Shown in pieces: positions 39,591 to 51,559 of a DNA stretch of 64,000 nt. The notes below the pieces were generated by a model that was not told the DNA's origin, ran no database searches, and saw nothing but the letters and a program-made list of their open reading frames with translations. A program made the translations under genes and the position numbers. Within the stretch, counting starts at the first letter, position 1; each line of letters starts with the position of its first letter. Source of the stretch: Leucoraja ocellata (Eukaryota); the NCBI GenBank assembly GCA_036785375.1, contig JAWMAR010000023.1, forward strand, positions 5,022,001 through 5,086,000, written 5' to 3'.

Positions 39591-40103
39591 CTTCGCCGAC
39601 TTATCACAAAAGGACACTCGGAGCACAAACAAATAGAGCTATAGTGATTAAAATACAATAAAGCATTGAGCAAAAAAAAAAACACTTTATCAAATTAGGA
39701 TTTATAATAAACAGCATGCTGTGTAAATTGTATGCTCGCCGACTTGCAAATAACGTTGAAAATCACTAGAAAAATATCCAGTAAAATTGTTGTGTTTTCT
39801 GCCAGTTTTAATTTTCAAACATTCTATTAATAAAATAGTTTTTTTTTCTTCTTAAAACACCTATGTCATGGTAATTTAATATACACTCCGTGACTGATAT
39901 TGTGTTATAAAGTGGAATTTGAAAAGAAAAAATGTACTTAGGAATTACCTTAAATAACGGAAGGAACAAGTGCTTTATTAACAATTAAAATGTACAAATA
40001 TTTTTGAGAGTTATAGAGCAGTGCATCATGGTAACAGGCCTTTACGCCCACGTTGTCTATGCCGACCAAACTTGGCATATTGGATAATGCCCATTTGCTT
40101 GCA

Positions 40104-40210
40104 TCTTCAGACTGATGTGAGGGTGGGGGGGAGAAGAAGAAAGGAAGAGGTGGAGCCAGTGGGCTGAGGGAGAGCTGAGAAGGGGAGGAGAAAGTAGGGA
40201 CTACCTGAAA
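40104..40210 (-). mobile_element. PLE 3' UTR fragment joined to a CR1 3' end (40010-40103)
   Basis: cttcagactgatgtgaggg plus a purine tract, as at 62023-62120. Confidence 0.7.
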
Positions 40211-41372
40211 TATTTCTACAATGCTAAAATGCTGTATGGACTACACTTGCTTCCATCTTTTATTCTGTTAAAAGGTTGGGTGGGTGGAAAATTGAAAGAT
40301 GGGAAATGAACCAAATTTGATCAGCAGGCAAGTGACAGAACAGAAAATTTAAGCTCTTGTGAGAATCTGGCCTTTTACCATCGACCAAAATTTAATGGAA
40401 ATTGTGGACTTTATTGGAGAAAATAATAAAAGTGTCCATCATGTGCTTTGCAATGGAATATTAATATCTGACGAATAAACAGCATTTTAAATTGTTTTAA
40501 ATTCTCTCCTTGACCAGAAAGGTTAGACCTCAATATTTTTTATTATAGAATCCTTGTGTAATGAAACTGCCAACCAGTAAAAACGATTTATATAAAAAGG
40601 AAGCATAAGGGGAAAGTCATACATCAGTGGTATTTTGATGCATGGAGGAATCACAAAATGATAATAAATTTAATAAAATAGCTTCCAAAGTTGTGGCTGA
40701 GGGACTGGAAAAATCACTATCTTTGGCTGGAAATCTGATGAACAAAGAAATTGGATTGACTGTGATGCCTTTCCATAGTTTTTGAATGGTCACTGCCTCT
40801 TGCAGACCAGGGCGGGGTTGTACACTGTTACCAGAGTAGTAACGGTTTCAAATCATACCTCAGCAATAGCTGATGCTTTCAGAAGATGAGATTAGTGACA
40901 AGTCACTGTTTACAAAAAATATGCACAACTGCGATTAACGCATTTCATCTGGTTGAGTTTTGGACAAATCTGCAGTAATATGGCCAAAGTTGATTAAGAG
41001 AAGCACCATTAAAAGAGACTATTTAGTCATGTTCATGTTGGGACTTTGATGTGTTCAAATTATCTACTCAATTACTTACAATTTTTTACGTGAAAATGCT
41101 TGCAGCCAATTCAATTGACTTGAAGATAAAACCACATTTTGAAATTGTAAGCAGAGCTATAGAAATTAAAATTATTTCTTTACATGAATGTACTGAACTT
41201 TCACTTCAGCGTTTGGGATGACTGTGGGGTGGCATTGTAGGAAATTGATGAATTAGATTTTGTCCTTTACTTAAAATGAATGTCTCTTTCAGAACGCAGA
41301 CTGTTAGTTAAACTGCAGAGTCATTGAAATTGACAAGCAATTGATTCGATGAACACTTGTGTGATGATTAAG

Positions 41373-41960
41373 GAGACAAAGTGCTGGAGTAACTCAGCAG
41401 GTCGGGCAGCATCTCCGAAGGGCATGGATAGGTAATGATTCGGTCAAGACCCGCCGCTGGATTGCTCCATGCACCCAACTGCCGCAAGCCAGCGCGCCAG
41501 ATGATGCGCAATATTTTTTATATTTCTATTATCTATTTATTTATTTCATTTAATGATCTTGCCGGTATATGAGAGTCAATGGTTGTTTGTGTTTTTGTTC
41601 TTTTAAATCTTTTATCCCGTGTCTTCTATGTATAGCACTGAAGGAGATGCAATGACATTTTGTTGTACAGTTGTTGTGCAATGACAATAAACGTATTTGA
41701 TTGATGATGAAGCACCAACTCGCCTCTTGGAGGCCCAGACCGCTGAAGCTGCCGCCGACACGTACCACCACCCAGCCGCTTCCAGACCAGTCCTATCGAG
41801 CTTCACCGCCAGGCTGAGCTGCCAGCATCCCCCCTACCCCCACTGCCTTCCCGCTGAAGACCTCCACCTTTTATCCATCACCTCCAGAGATGCTGCCTGA
41901 CCAGCTGTGGTACTCTAGCCCGTTGTATTAACCAGCATCTGCAGTCCTTTGTTTCTCCTA
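41373..41960. mobile_element. Inverted PLE tails enclosing a Rex1-like 3' UTR and a GC-rich fragment
   Basis: Minus-strand tail at 41373-41451 and plus-strand tail at 41860-41960; the interior has the aatgacaataaa tail typical of Rex1-type 3' ends. Confidence 0.6.
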
Positions 41961-42039
41961 CTTGTGCAATGATCCTCTATTACTTGGTAATTGTTACTCG
42001 GTAACAGCGGGCAATTGGCAAAAACGGACACCGTTCTCT

Positions 42040-42300
42040 CCCCCCCCCCATTGTAATGAGGGTTTACTGTACTGCTTCGTGTTACAAACAGCTAACAATG
42101 CCCTATTCCCTTTATCATCGTAACTTTTTTGCATATCTTTTATTCTTTGTTCTTTATCTCTCCAATTCATCATCTTCATCTCTCGTTTCCATTATCCCTA
42201 ACCAGTCCGAAGAAGGGTCTCGACCTGAAACGTCACCCATTCCTTCTCTCCAGAGATGCTGCCTGTCCCGCTGAGTTACTCCAGCATTTTGTGTCTATCT
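42040..42300 (+). mobile_element. PLE 3' UTR, hammerhead variant and tail
   Basis: ccgaagaagggtctcgacctgaaacgtc at 42207-42234, followed by the tail. Confidence 0.85.
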
Positions 42301-42420
42301 TTAGTGTTAGGTTTGCTTTGTTTCTAGCCTCTACAGTAACATTATGTTATTTGACCCTGCTAACACTGATCCCTTTGTCCTATCACCCAATCTGGCCTCA
42401 CACCAATCATCAGGTATTTT

Positions 42421-42605
42421 GAAGAACGGACTGCAGATGTTGGTTTGAATCGAAGGTAGACACAAAATGCTGGAGTAACTCAGCGGGACAGGCAGCATCT
42501 CTGGAGAGAAGGAATGGGTGACATTTCGGGTCCGAAACGTCACCCATTCCTTCTCTCCAGAGTTGCTGCCTGTCCCGCTGAGTTACTCCAGCATTTTGTG
42601 TCTAC
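42421..42605. mobile_element. PLE-tail palindrome (core 42456-42605) with one-sided extension
   Basis: gtagacacaaaa...tttcgg-gt-ccgaaa...ttttgtgtctac. Confidence 0.95.
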
Positions 42606-43104
42606 ATCAGATATGTTGAGGTCAACTAAACTGGGAAAGTGAAAGGTCTGAAGTTAGTATCCTTCTGGTCTATATGTTTCACTATGTCGTCATGCTGGTG
42701 GCGTATGAACCACTCAGCCGTTAAGTGGTTCTGGAATTGTATACCTATCATTGCACATAATATTTGCATTCATGAGCAAGTTGCATTAATAGCCATACTT
42801 CAGTCTTGTATTATTGATGTAATTTTCAGCCATAATATTAAGTACTTGTCATCAATTCCAGCGCTGTTCTATTGAAGATACAGCGGTAGAAATATATATT
42901 ACTCAAACCCGTGCATTTTCTACAATCTTACAAATGAAAATTGAGTGATTAATTTCAGTGTTAAAGAAGCTGTATTGCCTTGCAACTGTTAACATTTTGC
43001 ATGTATCCTCTTGTGAAAACTGTAGCAAGTACATTGAAATTGCATACCACAAACTTTTAAATTGCACAGCTGTAACTGAGGTGCCCAGTAAACTTGATAA
43101 ACAG

Positions 43105-43700
43105 TAGACATAATGAACTGCAGGTGCTGGTTTACAAAAGAGACAGTGCTGGAGTAACTCAGCAGCATCCCTGGAGAACGTGGATAGGTGATGTTTCAGA
43201 TCAAGGTCATTCTTCAGACTAAATATGGTCGGGGGGGGGGGGGGGTGGGGGGAGAATGCTGGAAGAGGTGGGAACTGGATAAAGCCTGGCAAGTAATAGG
43301 TGGAAGGTAGACAAAAATGCTGGAGGAATTCAGACTGAAGAAGGGTTTCAGCCCGAAACGTTGCCTATTTCCTTCGCTCCATAGATGCTGCCGCACCCGA
43401 TGAGTTTCTCCAGCATTTTTGTCTACCTTCGATTTTCCAACATCTGCAGTTCCTTCTTGAACAAGTAAGGAGGGTTTTGATTGGCAGATGGATAGGAGAG
43501 GCACAGTTTGTTAAATCCTTCCTCTGGCATAACAGTTTGTGCCTCTTATTTCCTTTTCTGACATTTATTTTTACATCTTTGACCTTTGTCCAAACATCTC
43601 CTATCCATGTTCTGCAGAAATGCTGCCTGACCCGCTGACGTACTACAGCACTTTGTGTTCTTTTGTGTATTCACAGCATCTGCAGTTCTTTGTTTCTGCA
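43105..43700. mobile_element. Nested PLE ends: older inverted pair with a younger hammerhead-bearing insertion (about 43305-43462)
   Basis: Older minus tail from 43105 and older plus tail at about 43590-43700; the inner copy has ctgaagaagggtttcagcccgaaacgtt at 43335-43362. Confidence 0.8.
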
Positions 43701-44099
43701 AGACACACAGTATCTGGATAAGACACACAGTTGCATAAGAACCGATCAAGTGCAACATTAGTCCACGAAACAGAGTCTAATTGAAATTCTTTTCTTGGAG
43801 AATAAACTTCAACTAATGTTTTCCATTTACTAGATGATGTGCAGGACCCATTTAAAACAAAATCTGTATGATTTTGATTGCATGGAAATATGGATGATTG
43901 CAGTGTGCTTGGTAATGAATGAATGATACTGGGTAATGTGCTGTATACCCACCCACACCAACCCACCTGCTCGCAGAAAAGTATGGTGAATGTGACGGGG
44001 CACCAAAGAGGAGGGGAAAATAAGAGAACGAGGTAATTTATGAGGAAAGGAATTCATTGCTGGAGTGCTAGTATGGATGTTGTGGGCTGAAGGGACTGG

Positions 44100-45155
44100 T
44101 TTCCAGAGAGTTAGTATGGACATTGTGGGACAAATGGATTCTTGGGCTGGCGGCTCTGTCGCTCAAGCCTGTTGTGCTGGCAGCTCACTCACTCACGGCT
44201 GGTGGGCTGGCAGTTGACTCACGGCTATTCCTTGAAATTCCATTTCAAGCAGGGTGCAAGGCCACCAAATTCAAGTGCGGTTTCTTACCACTTCAAGCAG
44301 GGTGCAAGGCCACCAAATTCAAGTGCAGTTTCATACTATTTCAACCAGGGTGCAAGGCCACTAAAGACATTGAGTCTTGATCTCTCCCTCCTCCATCTTC
44401 CAGAGTCCGACCCATGCCGACACTTCTGGGTTTTACAGTTCCTCCTCCCCCCTCCTACCAGAAGGGGCATGGCCTTCATGGCGTGATTGACAGAAGGGAG
44501 AATCTCAACATTTTTTAAACACTAATAACTCTTTTATTTTTCATCGATGGGAAAATTCCTCTGCACCTGATGAGTGGAGGGAGACTCTCAGTTGATGGTC
44601 AAAAATCACAGCCGTACGTGGTAGCGTTGTTTCTAAAATCAATATAAAGCGCAAACAGGAAGTGGTCAAGATTAGACTTTTAATTATTTAGAAGGCAAGG
44701 CAACTTTAATTAGGCAAGGCAACTTTAATTAGGCAACACATCTTTAGCATTTCCAAACCAAAGGCAACACAGCTTTAGCATTTCCAAACTATATTTTCAA
44801 ACCACATTAAGGGCACCAACAGGTCAGTAAAACCACTCACAGTTTAGTAGACATGTGTTCAGTGTTACTCACACTCAGTCTGAGAGACGTGACCCTCTCG
44901 CTTCCCCCCATCTTGCAGAGACTAACTGAGGCACTCAACACTACTGGGTTTTATAGTCCCTCCGGAAGGGATGTGGCCTTCAGGAGAGAGAATCTCAACA
45001 TTTTTTAAACTCTAATAGCTTTTTTATTTTTTATCAATGGAAAAAATCCTCTTGTCCTGCGCAACAGAGGGGGAATCTGAGTAAGATGGCCAAAAATGAC
45101 AGCCCTAAGTGGCAGTTTTTTTTTTAATCAATATACAGAACAGGAAGTGGTCAAC
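44100..45155. repeat. Composite non-coding element with internal tandem repeats and a long diverged direct repeat
   Basis: 48-bp unit x2.5 (44244-44365), 19-bp x2 (44693-44730), 31-bp x2 (44731-44789); 44376-44670 is similar to 44889-45154. Confidence 0.8.
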
Positions 45156-46981
45156 TAAACTAAATTCAAGGTTAGTAGCTTCAACAGTAGTGCCATGCTA
45201 TTTACTGCAATACAATCTGCGAGCAGCCTATATATTTTATGTGTCATGGGAATAGTGCTTGAATCCAGAATCTATTTACACGATGCATAAGATAGTGTAT
45301 TTCGCAAAGATCATAGGGAAAGACTGACTTACTGTGAGATTGATGTATTCGATAATGGTCTTTTTGTGAGTTAATGGATGATGTTGATAATTTTGTCCGC
45401 GGAATTTGGGACAGGGATATTTGTGGGTTATTATACAAGTTGTTATTATGAGATTTTTGTGTTTTAATTCATAGCATTTTAGATTTACATTTAAATAACC
45501 TTTCCAACTTGTCTTTTAAAAAGATACCTTTGAAAGAAAATGTCATCCTTTCAATTGAGCAACAGTACTTAAAATATTTCACTATAGTAATCAGTGGATG
45601 GGTTGAAGTATTTGCACAGATAAAAGAGAGAGTGGCGAATTAGTGGGGGTATAAACTGCTTTTATTTTTAGAAAATCTGTTTTTTGCAGAATTGAATGAC
45701 ATGTCAGCGTTGTCTGTGCAATTAATTAAGTGATATAGATCACTGAAAGAAAATATTTTGACAGCAAATTACTTAAACATTCAAATAAAGTTCTGTCAAT
45801 TATCTTTCCACTTTATTGATTTAATTTTTTTTTTAAAAGTGACCCTACCACCCCCTCATGGTGGAAACCATGCTGTGTCTTGGATCTTGTCTGAATTGCC
45901 CTGCGTTTATGTGAGTTGTACATTTTGTGGTATTTTCATTCCAAGCCTTTTAAGGCACCAATTTGATTCAATAAAAGGAGCATCTGAGTGACAATGTACA
46001 TTTATAATTGGTTTGCTCTCCTTGGCACTCTTTTTTTTCTTGTTTGTTTTTATTTTTTATTTTTTGGATTCGTTTTCAAGATCAAAATTTAGTGTCTGAG
46101 TCTAGCAAATGTATTTAATGATATATATGGAATATTACGCAATCAAAGGAACTTGGCATTGCATGTGGTGCACTTTGTTCCACAATTCCTGTGCTTGTTC
46201 TCCGAAGGATCTATCTTCTGAGTCCAATTCCATAACTGAAAGCTATTTACATTTTCTGTTTACAAAACAAGTATAAATTTCTCCTTGTGTTGGAATAACT
46301 GTTACATATTCAAAATCCTCTTAACTGTCCCTATTGGAGATAATTTTAAACTCACGCCCTTGGGTAACCAAACCCCATGTCAGATGAATTTTAAATTATC
46401 AAAAGCTCTCAATCAAATTCCCTTTTTATTTGGATATAAAAAGATGTGGTGGATGTTGGTCTCTGCTACTTCTGTAGAAAGCTCGAGTTTGTCATCCCCA
46501 ACAATTTCTGTCACTCTCTTCTGCATCAAGTCCTACTGAGCGGAGAGACGATTGAAGAAATAACACCTCCAACCAAATCAACCAGTGGCACAAGGGCTCC
46601 TTCACCATCATTTGAAAGTATTCCTATTCTTGGGTGCTGTGCTTCAGCTTATTTTTGCAATATTAATTGACATATTGCTCATCCATGTACTCCATTGGTT
46701 TTTGTTATACTTTCCCATTGAACAGGAAGGCATGATTGTGTAAATTCAGATCAATGATGCATTGACAGCTGCTACACACAGTTTAAATCTGTAGACCTTT
46801 GACAAAATAATCTGAATAGTGGCCAAATCAGTCCAGGATCTCAGTAAAGATATCTGATAGGGTGTGACACCTCCCTAACTAATTGGATTCCAACTGGATT
46901 TGACTAGTGCGGGTTAGATGAGGGTACTATTCATGGCACCCTTAAGACTGCTTACCAGTGGTAAGGGTTGGATTATTGCAG

Positions 46982-47061
46982 CTAGAACAAAAATGCTGGA
47001 GAAACTGGACGAGGTGGGAACTGGATAAAGCCTGGCAAGTAATAGGTGGAAGGTAGACCCA
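46982..47061 (-). mobile_element. 80-bp chimeric insertion with 11-bp TSD
   Basis: gattattgcag at 46971-46981 and 47062-47072; the insert is about 20 nt of PLE tail plus an exact copy of 43265-43312. Confidence 0.85.
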
Positions 47062-47369
47062 GATTATTGCAGTGCCTTCATGTTCAGATGGCGCCTAATA
47101 ATCCAGGAATAGCAGACCATGAAGGCTTTCAGTTTAATCTGGAGCAATTGTGTTCTCCCTGGCACCACTACTAGGCAAGTATTTCTTCCAACAAAACTGA
47201 ATTTATTTGGGTTCCCCGGTCCCTTTAAAAATGATTCCTCGGGTACGGAATACCTGAAGAAATTGATGTTGGAGTTTGGGAAGAATCGTGTTTTGTGATG
47301 GTTCTACAGCAAGTCGGTGAGTCCATAGCTGGAAATTTGTGCAGAGTTATGATTCCCTGATCTAAAACA

Positions 47370-47845
47370 ATATAGATTAATCAGGATAATTCCAGAGAGA
47401 GCGATGTCCTAATGAGGGAGGCTAGTCATTAGGGCTTGTATTCCTTCAAGTTTAGAAGAATGTGGGACGACCTTATTCAAACATAAGATGTTAAGTGAGT
47501 TGACAGGGTAGATATGGATATGTTTCCACTCCTATTGTTTGTGTCTCACTATGATGTAACTACAAAATAAGAAGTGGATTATTTAAAACTAAGGTGTATC
47601 ATAGTGTCTTTGCCTTGGGTAATAAATCACTGGAATTCTCTGCCTCTAACCTAGGTGGAGGCCAGACAGTCATCTATATTCAAGGCGGAGATAGATGAAT
47701 TTTTGAAAGATTGAGGAACTGAAAATTAGAGGAACTGGCAGAGAAGACAATTTGTGGTCAGTGTAGATCAGCTGTGATCATATTAAATGGCATGGCAAGC
47801 TTGAGAGGCAGCGTGGCCTACTCTCCCGATTTTCTTGTGTTCTAA
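47370..47845 (+). mobile_element. Decayed CR1 3' end
   Basis: gggcttgtattccttcaagtttagaagaatg..gaccttattcaaaca..ctggaattctctgcc..gtggcctactc. Confidence 0.75.
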
Positions 47846-48944
47846 GCAAGCGACTGGATCCTAACTCCTGAAGAAATTCGCTGGTAATAGTCTTTCAGCC
47901 ATAAGAAAATTTGTAGCTTCCTTTCACTGAACAAGTTTGGGATTTAATTTGCTATCCACCCTTGGATTTTCTTGGTGCTTCTACCTTTTTGACTTGCTTG
48001 TATGTGTGACCTTGTCATAAGCTTCACTAAACTACATCAAGCACATATCAACCCTCCTTGTTACCTCCACAAAGAATTTGATTAAGCTAGACAGATGTAG
48101 CCTTCCCTTAACATGTACTTAATGATTGTCCATGATTAATCAGTGTCTTTGTAATGAAGTTTACACAGTCCCTTCCAATGGATTCCAATAATGTGTTCCA
48201 CCATTGAAGTTGCCTGTAATTCTGTATCTTATTGATTCCTCCCTTTTTCAACAAAGGTACAAGATTTGCAATTCTCCGGTCCTCTTGCACTACTCCTGGG
48301 TCTTAATAGGATTGGAAAATTGGAGTCAAAGCTTTCTCCTTTACATTTTAACAGCCTGTGATATATTTCATCTGACTCCTATGGTTTATCCATTTTCAGA
48401 ATAATAAACTCCTTCATACTTCCTTGTTTAAACTACATTGAACACATCAGATAATCAGACTCGTTTGCCTTAAGTACAATTTTGGGCATCATCGCCCTCT
48501 TGTAAAGACATTGACAATATGTTCTCTGAGAGCCTTGCCCATGTTCTTTGCCTCCACTCACGGGTCATCTTTCTCAGTTAATTCTTATTTCTTTTCACTC
48601 TTTATGTACATTTTTTTAAATCCTGCTCACCAATATTATTTCATATTCCCATCTTTACTTTCGTACCCTACCTTTTTAATTTTACTCCCACATTATTCCA
48701 ACTTTCTGATGCATTAAATTCCCATTGCCTGACAATAGCTCTGCATCTTGTCATCCAAGCTGTCTAAATTTGACAGTCCCATCTATCTCTTTGGAGAAAG
48801 ATGGTCACCCTGAATATCTTGAATCTTGTCCTTTAGAGTCCCCCATTGCTTTGGAGTCATTTATCTTCAATCAGCTATTTCTAGTCCACTTTTGCTAAAT
48901 AGTTTCCTTATCTAGCGATTTGATCCAGGTCCTCCTTGTTCATG

Positions 48945-49044
48945 GTTAGAGTCTGAAGAAGGGTCTCGACCCGAAACGTCATCCATTCCTTCTCTCCAGA
49001 GATGTTGCCTGTCTCGCTGAGTTACTCCAGCATTTTGTCGTCTC
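48945..49044 (+). mobile_element. 100-bp PLE 3' end with 15-bp TSD
   Basis: tcctccttgttcatg at 48930-48944 and 49045-49059. Confidence 0.92.
48953..48980 (+). ncRNA. Minimal type I hammerhead ribozyme motif (PLE-associated)
   Basis: CTGAAGA-A-GGGTC(TC)GACCC-GAAA-CGTC: conserved core boxes, stem II, palindromic ACGT stem III and GUC cleavage triplet. Activity not shown. Confidence 0.75.
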
Positions 49045-51559
49045 TCCTCCTTGTTCATGCTGTTTAGGTCCTTCATAGTGTTATACTTCCTAATTAAATC
49101 TCCAGTGATCCAAAGAAACAACCTCAATCTCTCCAATCTTTCCTCTCATCTAAAATGTTTCCATTTCAGCAACACCCACTGTTTAATCTAGAACTGTGTG
49201 AAATACTTGCCGAGCTCCTCTTGTATATACAGTTCAACCATATTCACCTTGCTTTTTAGTTGATGTCTCAATTGATAAAGAAAAGCATCCGATTTACCTT
49301 TCTAATCATCATATTAACATGTCTAGCTGCCGTGAGGATATCTGGACACACACTAGGGTCATTCTGATCCTCCAAGGGTCTTGGTTTACTTCAATATATT
49401 GTGAATTACTTTGCCTTGCTGCGATATATGTCACATTTAGAAAAGTGCAAAGGGTGCCATACAAATGTTTACGGTCTTGTAAGAGACATTTCCTTTCATA
49501 AATATATAGATAATCCCCACCAACCATCCAAATATCAAAGCTGGAAAATCAGCGTTTAGATATAGATTTAATTTATTTCTTGGAAGAGGGCATTTTTTAT
49601 GACGTGAAATTTGTGTTCTTCCAGCTGATATTTATTCCTCCAGCAGATGAGAAGCAACGGGAGTCATTTAATTTTCATGCCACCCAATTTATTTCTTAGT
49701 CTTGTTGCTAGAACTGTCAAAAGCCCACTTTATTTTAAGACAATTTGCTTATCGGGAGAGAGGGAGAAAGAGTGTTGTCGTGAAACAAATTAACTCCCGT
49801 TCAACAAAATGGCTCAGTTCTGCAAAACACACCTAACAAATGCAAAATTGCGTTTTATTAACTCTTCTTCAGTGTGTTTTACAATGGGTGTCATAACGAG
49901 TCACTGCGAAACAGATTATCTGAAATTATAGGTTCTATTTAATAGGATCACTGTTTTATATGCCTGCTAAGATAAGTGGTTACGATTGAGGATTTCCCAG
50001 CTCAATGTTTTCTACGATCTCTTATTATCTGAGCAAAGTGCCCTTTTATTTACTCTGTTGTAATTGGCCAATGTGACATCAAATGGAAAAAAGCACAACT
50101 AACATCATTGGGGAAGTCCGTTGGTATTGAAGTCACTGAGGATATTTACTGACATAAAAGCCCACTGTTGACCTGAAACAGGCTGTGGATTGTGTGATCA
50201 ACTTACCTTTGTTGCCTCGCACAACAATAATGTGATAGATGCGTATTCACTTATTATATATTGCATATTCCCTTATCATAGTTATATTGTGAGGGAATGT
50301 TGGAAGAGTTCCAAAGAGCATAAGTGGACAAGTGGGGTTACTGAGGAAGTAGGGGGTGAATAACAAGACAGATTTAGGGAGCAGGATCAGACAACAAAAT
50401 GTTTAAGTGAAGAAAACTGAAATTTGGTAGCTAATTATCAAGAGAGTTTGGCAATGAGATAATGTACAGAAAGTAATGAGAGAGATTACAGCCACAACGT
50501 ATTGGAGTAATTGGAGTTTGTGATGTCTGAAGTAAACACCAGCAAACTATTAATGAGGTTTTGCCACACGGATCAAAGCTTTAGTAAATGGGGTAATGTT
50601 ATGAAGGAACAAAAATGATGTTTTAGTAAACAATAAATATGGTTTATCATATGACTGTGTATTCAATTTCAGCATTTTAAACACAGGTTTTCTCAAATGT
50701 TGCTAATATTATTGAATAGGATATGTTTGTGATATATCCAAACTAATTATTTATTTTGAGATTAATGTTCTTTTTGTGTGTTGATCTCCATTTTAATATT
50801 GTGCCAAATGCTGTCAAGAGTAAAACTGTATTAGAACAAGAAAAAAAAGCAAGACTTAGTATGCTAACAATTCCGGTGTGAAATCAAAGTTTTCATTTTA
50901 TTCCTGGAAGGGCACCCTTATCTAAGAATACCTGTACAAATTGCAGGAAATGTGATGCATGCATGAAAATCACTTGTTGATAGAACATGTTTTCTACAAA
51001 CATATTATTAAGGACGAGTGCTTATTGTGGTGCCAAAAGAAAGGATTCTGCATAGAGTATGAACAAAACAAGGGAAGATGTTGAGAAATACGAGTGTTTA
51101 TGTAAATTAATTTTGCATTTAGAGAAGACTGCAATTTAATAAATGCCCTTTATGGTTTTTAAATTGAATAAGGTACAGTATACTTGATAAATAATGAGAC
51201 CAATTAGAATTTTAGCTCTAATTAAAAAATGTAAAAATGTTTGACTTTTAGATTCAACATTATTTAAAGAGACGCAGGTATACATTTTGGATAAAAAATA
51301 CATATTTTTATATGTGTTGTGATCTCCAACTTTCATGTTTGTAGAGGGATAAAAAAGGAATCAATTGGGTCCCTAAAAGGGGATTTGAATGGGCACGAGG
51401 AAGAATAATTTGCCTTTGGGGAAAAATTGGGTAATAAGAATGGAATATTGCTCTGCAGGGAGCCACCATAGACTCAATTGCCTAAATGACACTCAAATTA
51501 GCACTTTGCCAAAAACAGAAGAGGAAACAAACAAACAAATGGACTAAAGAAATATCTAA

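Larger units (their letters stand above)
47950..49430 (-). mobile_element. Decayed CR1 ORF2 fragments
   Basis: EDRRIANLVPLLKKGG..NYR (48108..48290) and ERLRLFLWITGDLIRKY (48912..49136). Confidence 0.65.

Noticed and set aside
44244-44365. Direct repeats suggesting a CRISPR array or a repeat protein (QAGCKATKFK)
   Set aside because: Contiguous 48-bp tandem units without unique spacers, in eukaryotic context with no cas genes; the reading frame is a by-product of the unit length.
46511-46620. Possible plus-strand exon (LLSGETIEEITPPTKSTSGTRAPSPSFE)
   Set aside because: Weak splice signals and no recognisable homology.
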